The position numbers were made by a program, and so were the translations under genes. A stretch of DNA of 14,739 nucleotides from a virus (Duplodnaviria; Heunggongvirae; Uroviricota; Caudoviricetes): IMG/VR virus record IMGVR_UViG_3300042905_002309, positions 233,278-248,016 of that record; one strand, given 5' to 3'. Below the pieces are notes generated by a model. The model was given only the letters and a program-made list of their open reading frames with translations. It had not been told where the DNA came from and searched no databases. Below are positions 8,495 to 14,739 of this stretch, piece after piece. The stretch's first letter is position 1. Each line of letters begins with the position of its first letter.

Positions 8495-8502
8495 TATTTA
8501 GT
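8495..8502 (-). promoter_or_regulatory. Late-promoter variant ACTAAATA
   Basis: Intergenic, 27 nt upstream of ATG at 8468; shares the TAAATA core with TATAAATA. Confidence 0.45.
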
Positions 8503-8535
8503 AAAAATTATGATAATTCTATCACTGTATTTAAA

Positions 8536-8678
8536 TTATGCAACAGGTTCTTCAATAGGATCTACAACTGGTTCTTCAGGTATAGGATCAGGTTCCACAA
8601 CAGGTTCTTCAACTACTGGAACTGGATCAGGGGCAAACACTCCAATACTGGGTTGGTTGCTACAAAATCTATGCTCAT
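8536..8678 (-). pseudogene. Frameshifted or chimeric small gene: MSIDFVATNP... joined out of frame to ...SIGVFAPDPVPVVEEPVVEPDPIPEEPVVDPIEEPVA*
   Basis: AGGAG SD and ATG at 8678; ATG frame stops at TAG 8615-8613 after 21 aa; the -1 frame is open 8679-8539 and encodes a Pro/Glu/Val repeat ending TAA 8538-8536. Confidence 0.55.
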
Positions 8679-9765
8679 ATTAATCTCCTGCTAACAAATG
8701 GCTACTATCATACTGACCGATGCCGATGGATTGCAGTATTGAGCGGAGCCAATTCATAGTAGTTTTAATTACAGTAAAGCGGGTATCAAGTCCACATTCT
8801 TCTTGATAGGCGTAAGTTTGAACAACTCCGCACTTTCCTGTGGCGTCAACCCACTCACTCCTGTTTCAATAGCGTATACCTTGTCTGGTTCTATCTGTAT
8901 GCTCCCGCTCGACGGGGCGATGAGTGCGCCGCCATCGTCGCGGTAGATTCTCGCTCCCACTAGGCGTACGGGGTTTGCGGTCACATTATCCAGATTCAAA
9001 GTCATAACGGTCGTTACTATCCTGTAATTAACCAAGTCTTCGGCCACACATGTCCCGAAATAGTGGCGTATCCCGAGTTCTGTCGTAAGATTGAAATGAT
9101 ACCATGCATACATGCGCTGCACCGTCGTGATACCGTCAGGGTCGTCAAGTTCTATCTGAACATCATTGTATGATGCCGTAAACTCCGTTATCGCGCTTCC
9201 GTCTATACCATTGGACACGTAAACCGTGTCTACCACCTGAGTATCAACAAAAGATGAACCCTGCACACCTGCGGCACTGTTAAGTTCCAAGCCAAGGTAC
9301 CCAACCTTCGTTGCCCGCAGGCGTATGGTGTCTCCCTCACTGATACCGACCCCTCCAGTGTAGCTGTATTCGTACCCGACCCCAGCCAACACCACGTTCT
9401 CGATCTCCGTGTCCGTTGTCACATTGAACAGCTGCACCCGCGATCCAGCCAGCAAGGTTGCGTGGGAGATCGTGGCGATCTGCGGCGTGGTGTAGTACGT
9501 GCCGTCATCGGACTGGAATCGTGCGAATCCCGCGATAGCGTTGTCGGAGCCGTCTACCACACGGACACCCTTCAAGGATGCTCCTGCTGATCCGAACAGG
9601 GTGCCTCTCGACGTTTCCACCTCAGCTCCGACCGCTACGACCATCGCAGGTAGTGCCATGTTGTGATAACCAGTGACTAGCGAGTATGCGTCCTGCGCTG
9701 TATGCCACGAGATATACTGAGCGATCTGCGCAGCCGTGGAACTGTCGGATACCGTTATCGTGATT
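8650..9765. other. GC-rich (about 50-60%) segment: 3' third of the beta-helix gene plus downstream small ORFs
   Basis: Spot counts of 60-nt lines: 62% (8881), 62% (9301), 60% (9421), 58% (9541), 47-48% (9001, 9241), versus 35-43% from 9841 onward. Confidence 0.8.
8680..8757 (-). CDS. Possible 25-aa peptide MNWLRSILQSIGIGQYDSSHLLAGD
   Basis: Fills the gap between the 1226-aa gene and the next ATG (TAA-T-ATG); no SD; below ORF-track cutoff. Confidence 0.35.
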   Translation of the reverse strand: MNWLRSILQSIGIGQYDSSHLLAGD

Positions 9766-12449
9766 GAATATTCTTTGCCTTCCCAAGTTACAGGAGAAGC
9801 ACCATGGTTGGTTACTGTGATTCCTAATGCCCCTGGGTCTGTATCTGGTATTGCACTATTAGTTTGATTAAGCGGAAAACTTGCTCCATCTTCTGTAAGT
9901 GTAAACGGAGTTTCTACTTCGTTCCAACCTGCTTTACGAACTCTTACTGTGCAAGAAGCATCAGAATACCAAGCTGGATATAAGTTTGGAGTTGTCGCTG
10001 ATTTTACATCAAGGAGTTTTCCATTACTATTTTGAAATACAGCACCGAGTGAACCAGCCTGAGTGTTTGACAGAGCTACTTTAGGTTCATTGTATGGATA
10101 AGGATTATCAGTTAGTGTCTGTTGTGTTGTATCACAGAACATAGATACAGCACGAAGTAAATTACTTGTGTTAGCCGTATTACATACTGCCCGTAATTTC
10201 CATCTGAAACCAATGCTCGGAGAAATTCCTGTTTCCGCAGACCAGTTTGATGCAGTTAATGCTTTGAATGAACCACTAAATCCATTACCTTTATCAATAT
10301 CATAAGTTAATGTGAAGTTACCTGTATTAACTCCATCAAGTAATGGTGCTGTATTCTGAAGGCTATTAACTCCAAGAATATACCAACCCCAAGTCCAAGT
10401 TACTTGGTCACCGATGTTTCTTAATGCTAGTCCGTTATTTCCATCTCGTAAAATAGTTCCTGCATCTTCAGTATAAGCAGGAGAAGAAAAATCACTCGTG
10501 GTTTTAGGAGAACCAGTCATAACAGTTAGCATAATTTCTGTTGCAGAAACCTCTTGCTCTACGAAGTGCATTCCACGAGCATTGAAAACTGAACAAGTTC
10601 TTCCTGCTATCGGTGCTGTGGCATAAGTTTTAAGTCCACCACCAATTATTCTCTTTGACCTATTAACATCTGTGATGGCTTGTGCAAATGCCCCTGCGGT
10701 ATAACTCCATCCACAATCTGATTGAATCACATCATCAGTCGCATTTTGCACTAATAGGTTAATATCATAACCTGCCCTTGGTCTGTAAAACACTCTTTCA
10801 AGACGAGCATTTCTTACATTTACTAATGAAACGAGTTCTCTTGCTAAATCTATTACTACAGGAGCAACGTCACGAGTTCCAATATTTCTAACTCTAATAT
10901 TACGACCACCTGAAGAATATATAAATTGGTTTGATGGCCCTAAATTGATACCAGAAAACATAGTTAATCCGTCAATAATCAACCCGTTTATATCATTTGC
11001 GTAAATCTCATAGTTTGGTGCTCCAGTTGCCCCAACCATACGCCCACAAAACTGCGAGTTTCGCATTATGACATTTATACTGCTTGTTAGCGTAACTGCA
11101 TAAACAGCAGGAGTGACAATAACACAATTATCAAAGACCACATTTGATGATGAAGTTACAAGAAGACAAGAACCTCCTTGTTGTCTACCAAACAACTCAA
11201 GTCTTGTGAATGTAACATTGTTACACGCGGAAAACGACATAGGGCTAGATGCACTATCATACGAAGGCATCCTAAAAACATTTACATCTGTAAATGATAA
11301 GTTCTCTGAAAAAGCAAATCCAAGTTGAATACGCCCTGGTGTTAGAACGAATGATGTTGAAACATTTTCAAATACGACATTAGAATGATAAGTAGAAGGA
11401 GTTCCTGCATTACCATAAAAACAACCATCCAACCCTGCACTTGTTTTTACCGAATAAGATTGAGTGGTCTGTCCAATAATGTTTCCACAAGATATAACAT
11501 AGTTAATATCCAACGCTCCTGGAGAACCAAACAAACGATACCTGTAAATAGGAGTTACTGCATTAACAACATTTGCAGACCAGTCTGCACTTGTTGATGT
11601 GCTTATATGAATATTAGGAACACGAATACGAGCACCGCTTGGTGGAAGAACTCCGTATGTATCACCACCAAAAGTAATCACACCCGCAGATGTGCAAGAA
11701 TACCATCTACCACGAGCATCTGTTGGTACATTTACATCAGAGAAATCTGCTACAGCACAAGCACCCCACCATTGATATATGCCAGTTCCATTACCAGTTT
11801 CTACTTGTAATGCAGGGCAATAATCCCCAACGAAATGCTGAAAGACTTGTCCTGCTACACCATTAGATACACCAAGTTCAAACCATCCACCATTGGTAGT
11901 TATTTTAGATAAAAGTGATGATGCGTGAACACGACCCGTTAAAGAAGTTGTTCCTTCTTCTCCTACAATATGAAGCCAGCCTCTTTGACCACCAGTAGTA
12001 GAGTTGATTGTAATTGTCGCTCCACCTGTGAAAGTTAATACATCATCATCAGCAAGAGTTACACTCTTTGTTCTTAATTTGATAAATCCACTTGCAGGCA
12101 TTGAACTACCAGCAGTTGAAGGAGCAACTCCAAGTGCAGTAAATACACCAAGAAACTCTCCGACATTTGAACCACCACGAGTTACATCAGGAGTCCCAAC
12201 TGTTCCAAGAGCAGGAACATTACCGCTAGAAGTATCAAAAGGAATCCACCAAGTTTCAGTAGCATCAATTTTTAACTCACCTTCAGTAATATCAATATCT
12301 CCAACGACAGCAGATTGCTGACCCCAACGCATATCAGAGTTGACTGTAAGTTTCGCACCTGAATTGATAGTGATATTATCACCATTAGCTAATCCGCTTA
12401 TTGCAGATGAGTCATAGTTTAAGTCTGTCGATACTGTTTGGTTTGCCAT
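8769..12449 (-). CDS. 1226-aa tail fibre/adhesin-like protein with central right-handed beta-helix
   Basis: Beta-helix-type repeats aa ~340-590 (FSACNNVTFTRLELF, TSSSNVVFDNCVI, TSSINVIMRNSQF, GGRNIRVRNIG); beta-rich N- and C-terminal modules; GGAG SD; no signal peptide. Confidence 0.75.
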   Translation of the reverse strand: MANQTVSTDLNYDSSAISGLANGDNITINSGAKLTVNSDMRWGQQSAVVGDIDITEGELKIDATETWWIPFDTSSGNVPALGTVGTPDVTRGGSNVGEFLGVFTALGVAPSTAGSSMPASGFIKLRTKSVTLADDDVLTFTGGATITINSTTGGQRGWLHIVGEEGTTSLTGRVHASSLLSKITTNGGWFELGVSNGVAGQVFQHFVGDYCPALQVETGNGTGIYQWWGACAVADFSDVNVPTDARGRWYSCTSAGVITFGGDTYGVLPPSGARIRVPNIHISTSTSADWSANVVNAVTPIYRYRLFGSPGALDINYVISCGNIIGQTTQSYSVKTSAGLDGCFYGNAGTPSTYHSNVVFENVSTSFVLTPGRIQLGFAFSENLSFTDVNVFRMPSYDSASSPMSFSACNNVTFTRLELFGRQQGGSCLLVTSSSNVVFDNCVIVTPAVYAVTLTSSINVIMRNSQFCGRMVGATGAPNYEIYANDINGLIIDGLTMFSGINLGPSNQFIYSSGGRNIRVRNIGTRDVAPVVIDLARELVSLVNVRNARLERVFYRPRAGYDINLLVQNATDDVIQSDCGWSYTAGAFAQAITDVNRSKRIIGGGLKTYATAPIAGRTCSVFNARGMHFVEQEVSATEIMLTVMTGSPKTTSDFSSPAYTEDAGTILRDGNNGLALRNIGDQVTWTWGWYILGVNSLQNTAPLLDGVNTGNFTLTYDIDKGNGFSGSFKALTASNWSAETGISPSIGFRWKLRAVCNTANTSNLLRAVSMFCDTTQQTLTDNPYPYNEPKVALSNTQAGSLGAVFQNSNGKLLDVKSATTPNLYPAWYSDASCTVRVRKAGWNEVETPFTLTEDGASFPLNQTNSAIPDTDPGALGITVTNHGASPVTWEGKEYSITITVSDSSTAAQIAQYISWHTAQDAYSLVTGYHNMALPAMVVAVGAEVETSRGTLFGSAGASLKGVRVVDGSDNAIAGFARFQSDDGTYYTTPQIATISHATLLAGSRVQLFNVTTDTEIENVVLAGVGYEYSYTGGVGISEGDTIRLRATKVGYLGLELNSAAGVQGSSFVDTQVVDTVYVSNGIDGSAITEFTASYNDVQIELDDPDGITTVQRMYAWYHFNLTTELGIRHYFGTCVAEDLVNYRIVTTVMTLNLDNVTANPVRLVGARIYRDDGGALIAPSSGSIQIEPDKVYAIETGVSGLTPQESAELFKLTPIKKNVDLIPALL

Positions 12450-12454
12450 AATTT

Positions 12455-12850
12455 ATTTACTCCACGCTGATTCCTGTTAAAACTCCGCCGACATACGTAA
12501 ATGTCTTTGTCTTGTAGACGCCCGTCCCTGTGATGCTCGCTAGCGTACCATCTGGATTATACGCCATGGTACGCACTCCATACGCTGTTGTGGTCGTATG
12601 CAGTGTTCCATCAGGGTTATAGGCGTACGTACCCGCTTCCTGGTCTCCAGTGTTCGTCCCCGTCAGGTTGGACGCCTCCACGATATCGAATTTTACTACA
12701 TTAGCCATAGATGCCTCCTACCGATTAAATGATTCTATTAGTTTGTTGGTTATACCGCTGGACGTTACATGATATACATAACTCGTCGGCCCGCTGTCTG
12801 ATATGATCAGAAATCCGGTTCCTTCTATCAAGGTATTCGAGCCTCCACCA
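12455..12850. other. Second GC-elevated segment (83-aa gene and probably the last ~40 codons of the upstream fibre gene)
   Basis: Spot counts 53% (12481), 57% (12601), 48% (12781) but 33% (12721); right boundary approximate. Confidence 0.6.
12457..12708 (-). CDS. 83-aa protein with two YD/RHS-like repeats (YAYNPDGTL, MAYNPDGTL)
   Basis: AGGAGG SD; GC-rich codons; KTKTFTYVGGVLTGI tail. Confidence 0.75.
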   Translation of the reverse strand: MANVVKFDIVEASNLTGTNTGDQEAGTYAYNPDGTLHTTTTAYGVRTMAYNPDGTLASITGTGVYKTKTFTYVGGVLTGISVE

Positions 12851-13839
12851 GCTATAGTGAAAATAGGATTATCAACTATATTAGACGTTACGTTATTAAT
12901 GGTAATTGTAACACCTTCTAATGCGAAGATTCTATTTGTAGCAGATGATACTTGACCTTGTAAATTAGTCTCAGCAGAAATTGCACGATTGGTTTCTATG
13001 TCAATTCTGGCTGATAGATTCGTTTCAGCACTATTTGCACGATTTGTCTCCACATACAACAATTGTAATACGTTTGTGTAATATAGGAATGTTTGATTAG
13101 AATTGATTAAAATCTGATCCGAAAGATTAGTAAAGTATTGATATGTCAAATTCGAATTAACATCTATCAAATACCCTAAATTGGTACTATAGTTATAGAA
13201 GTAATTGGACGTAATACCTATCTTCAAATCTAAATCATATTCAGCATTAGTAGCTCTTTGATATTCGGCTGTTATTTGACCTTGTAAATTTGTATTGACA
13301 CTCTCTATACGATTAGATAAACTGTTGATACTATTTGTAATACTTTTTGACGCATAGCTATTTGTTTGACTTTCTAAGGTTACTACTCTGTTAGAAACGT
13401 CATTAAAACTATTTGAACTAACTTCTCCACCAGTTACAGTAAAATTAAGGTTGCTAGAAAGTTGTTGCGTTACACCATTAATTGTTACGGTTGTATTCGT
13501 GCTGACTTTACTATTAACGTCATTTGTAATACTTTTTGACGCATAGCTATTTGTTTGACTTTCTAAGGTTACTACTCTGTTAGAAAGCATATTAAGACTA
13601 TACAAACTTGCATAAGAATTAGTCTGAGCTTCTAGTGTATTCACTCTAACCGTTAAATTAGCAACATCATTACTAATTGTCGTGAGGTTTAAATTAGTAT
13701 CCACCAGAGGCACACCAAAATAGGTAGGCATCACACGATAATCAACCCAATGATTAACGGTTTCCGCTGGACCAGCACCAAATGTACTAAAAATTGGCAA
13801 TGTTAATAGTAAATAGATCGATAAAAGAAATTTTTTCAT
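12718..13839 (-). CDS. 373-aa coiled-coil fibre-like protein with Sec-like signal peptide; partial paralog of the 1259-aa protein
   Basis: MKKFLLSIYLLLTLPIFSTFG N-terminus; long Asn/Thr-rich heptads; two TxTINxVT...N..FT..GG motifs; ETNRANSAETNLSARIDIETNRAISAETNLQGQVSSATNRI matches the 1259-aa protein; AAGGAG SD. Confidence 0.85.
   Translation of the reverse strand: MKKFLLSIYLLLTLPIFSTFGAGPAETVNHWVDYRVMPTYFGVPLVDTNLNLTTISNDVANLTVRVNTLEAQTNSYASLYSLNMLSNRVVTLESQTNSYASKSITNDVNSKVSTNTTVTINGVTQQLSSNLNFTVTGGEVSSNSFNDVSNRVVTLESQTNSYASKSITNSINSLSNRIESVNTNLQGQITAEYQRATNAEYDLDLKIGITSNYFYNYSTNLGYLIDVNSNLTYQYFTNLSDQILINSNQTFLYYTNVLQLLYVETNRANSAETNLSARIDIETNRAISAETNLQGQVSSATNRIFALEGVTITINNVTSNIVDNPIFTIAGGGSNTLIEGTGFLIISDSGPTSYVYHVTSSGITNKLIESFNR
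13333..13586. repeat. 65-bp perfect direct repeat (13333-13397 and 13522-13586, offset 189 nt = 63 codons)
   Basis: Compared base by base; encodes SNRVVTLESQTNSYASKSITN twice. Confidence 0.9.
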
Positions 13840-13861
13840 ATAAATATTTACTCCTTACTAT

Positions 13862-13869
13862 TATTTATA
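13862..13869 (-). promoter_or_regulatory. T4-late-like promoter box TATAAATA
   Basis: Exact match, intergenic, 23 nt upstream of the ATG at 13839 and just before AAGGAG. Confidence 0.65.
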
Positions 13870-13970
13870 CCACTAACACACAAAATATATACTTTTTTAT
13901 TTGTTCTTATTTAATTTAAGAATATCCTCTGTTTACTAACTGACCCAAACACTCGTTCAGGTATTATTTC

Positions 13971-14739
13971 TTAAACCATCCCGATAATTGAACCATTAAT
14001 TCCACCACCCGATTTTAATGTTCCTGTCAATCTTGCATTAATCCCATAAGCAACACCTTCTTTAACTTCACTGGCAGGATTTTCAACTAATGGAACTATT
14101 GCAATCGGGTAAGCAAATCCTTCATATCCAGTTGTTCCAGATAATGTGAAAAATGCCGATATAGTCATATAAGCAAAAACATCACCAAGCGTGGGGGCAT
14201 TACCTTTAAACCAACATGATGTAAAACCAGTACAATTGGAAAATGCACCTTCATCAATACTTGTAACAGAATTTCCAATTGTTAAATTTCCTGTAAAACC
14301 AGAACAACTACTAAATGCATAATCACCAATACTTGTTACTGAATCAGGAATTGTTAAACTTCCTGTAAAACCAGAACAACCATAAAATGCATAATCACCA
14401 ATACTTGTAACAGAACTACCAATTGTTAAACTTCCTGTAAAACCAGTACACTGATAAAATGCAGCTTCACCAATACTTGTAACCGAATTAGGAATTGTTA
14501 AATTACCCGTAAAACTAGAACAACCATTAAATGCAGATTCACCAATACTTATTACAGAACTTCCAATTGTTAAACTTCCTGTAAAACCAGTACAACTACC
14601 AAATGCATAAATACCAATACTTGTTACTGAATCAGGAATTGTTAAACTTCCTGTAAAACCATAACATATATTAAATGCATCATTACCAATAGTTGTAACA
14701 GAATTACCGATTGTTAAATCACCTGTAAAACCATAACAG
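13971..14739 (-). CDS. BspA-type (TpLRR / LRR_5) leucine-rich repeat protein, 5'-truncated (at least 255 aa); the 65-aa ORF in the track is only its C-terminus
   Basis: Manual translation open from 14738 to TAA 13973-13971: seven 24-aa repeats FTG(S/N/D)LTI(P/G)xSVTSIGxxAFxxCxG, cap FTSCWFKGNAPTLG..VF, then PASEVKEGVAYG...LTGTL tail. Confidence 0.92.
   Translation of the reverse strand, partial: CYGFTGDLTIGNSVTTIGNDAFNICYGFTGSLTIPDSVTSIGIYAFGSCTGFTGSLTIGSSVISIGESAFNGCSSFTGNLTIPNSVTSIGEAAFYQCTGFTGSLTIGSSVTSIGDYAFYGCSGFTGSLTIPDSVTSIGDYAFSSCSGFTGNLTIGNSVTSIDEGAFSNCTGFTSCWFKGNAPTLGDVFAYMTISAFFTLSGTTGYEGFAYPIAIVPLVENPASEVKEGVAYGINARLTGTLKSGGGINGSIIGMV
14222..14739. repeat. 72-bp tandem coding repeats of the LRR gene
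   Basis: 25-bp block AATTGTTAAACTTCCTGTAAAACCA identical at 14349, 14421, 14565, 14637; 49-bp identity between 14325 and 14613 (offset 288). Confidence 0.92.

Larger units (their letters stand above)
1..14739 (-). mobile_element. Segment of a large tailed phage genome (tail fibre/adhesin, membrane/lysis-like and small accessory genes)
   Basis: Tail-collar protein, several fibre-like proteins, holin-like gene, T4-late-like TATAAATA boxes, tightly packed co-directional genes, no recognisable cellular housekeeping genes. Confidence 0.85.

Noticed and set aside
8462-8683. Plus-strand Gly/Ser/Thr-rich 73-aa ORF resembling a secreted peptide
   Set aside because: Reverse-strand reading of the PEEPVV repeat; opposes all other genes and overlaps the late box and SD of the 163-aa gene.
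8649-9815. GGTTGGTT near two GC junctions (about 8651 and 9806) as a possible recombinase site
   Set aside because: Only 8 bp, explained by ACC AAC C (Thr-Asn-Pro/His) codons, absent at the 12450 junction, and no recombinase or inverted repeats seen.
11113-12321. Plus-strand ORFs inside the 1226-aa gene (also 7796-8035 elsewhere)
   Set aside because: Antisense shadows with no independent signals.
13875-13970. Possible terminator or decayed mini-ORF (xPERVFGSVSKQRIFLN) after the LRR gene
   Set aside because: Only weak AT-rich hairpins without a U-tract; the frame lacks an ATG and SD.
4712-14739. Possible DGR template/variable repeat pairs
   Set aside because: Repeat copies are either identical or differ without an adenine-only pattern, all lie in frame within genes, and no reverse transcriptase is in the window.
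14222-14739. Regular repeats resembling a CRISPR array
   Set aside because: 72-bp in-frame coding repeats of an LRR protein, not repeat-spacer units.
1-14739. Stop-codon reassignment
   Set aside because: Long ORFs are intact under the standard code and TAA, TAG and TGA all appear as normal stops.

Overview
AT-rich (about 30-40% GC by spot counts) segment of a large tailed bacteriophage genome; all credible genes are on the minus strand with bacterial Shine-Dalgarno sites (AAGGA/AGGAG). In transcription order (right to left): a BspA-type LRR protein (5'-truncated, missed by the ORF track except for its tail); a coiled-coil fibre protein with a Sec-like signal peptide; a small YD-like repeat protein; a 1226-aa beta-helix fibre/adhesin; a frameshifted remnant; a 163-aa probable structural protein; a 1259-aa signal-peptide-bearing fibre (beta-helix, coiled coil, C1q-like head); an XhlA/holin-like membrane protein; a lipoprotein; an apparently intact metacaspase (C14); a tail-collar fibre protein; and three small hypothetical genes, two with Cys-rich metal-binding motifs. 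T4-late-like TATAAATA boxes precede several genes, while two TTGACA-N13-TGnTAA sigma70-like promoters precede the lipoprotein-metacaspase pair and the small-gene cluster. Most striking: (1) a lipoprotein + metacaspase pair with its own promoter, placed where a lysis cassette would be; (2) two paralogous fibre-like proteins with export signals; (3) nested GC-rich cassettes showing recent swapping of receptor-binding genes. No database searches were run; family calls rest on motif recognition.
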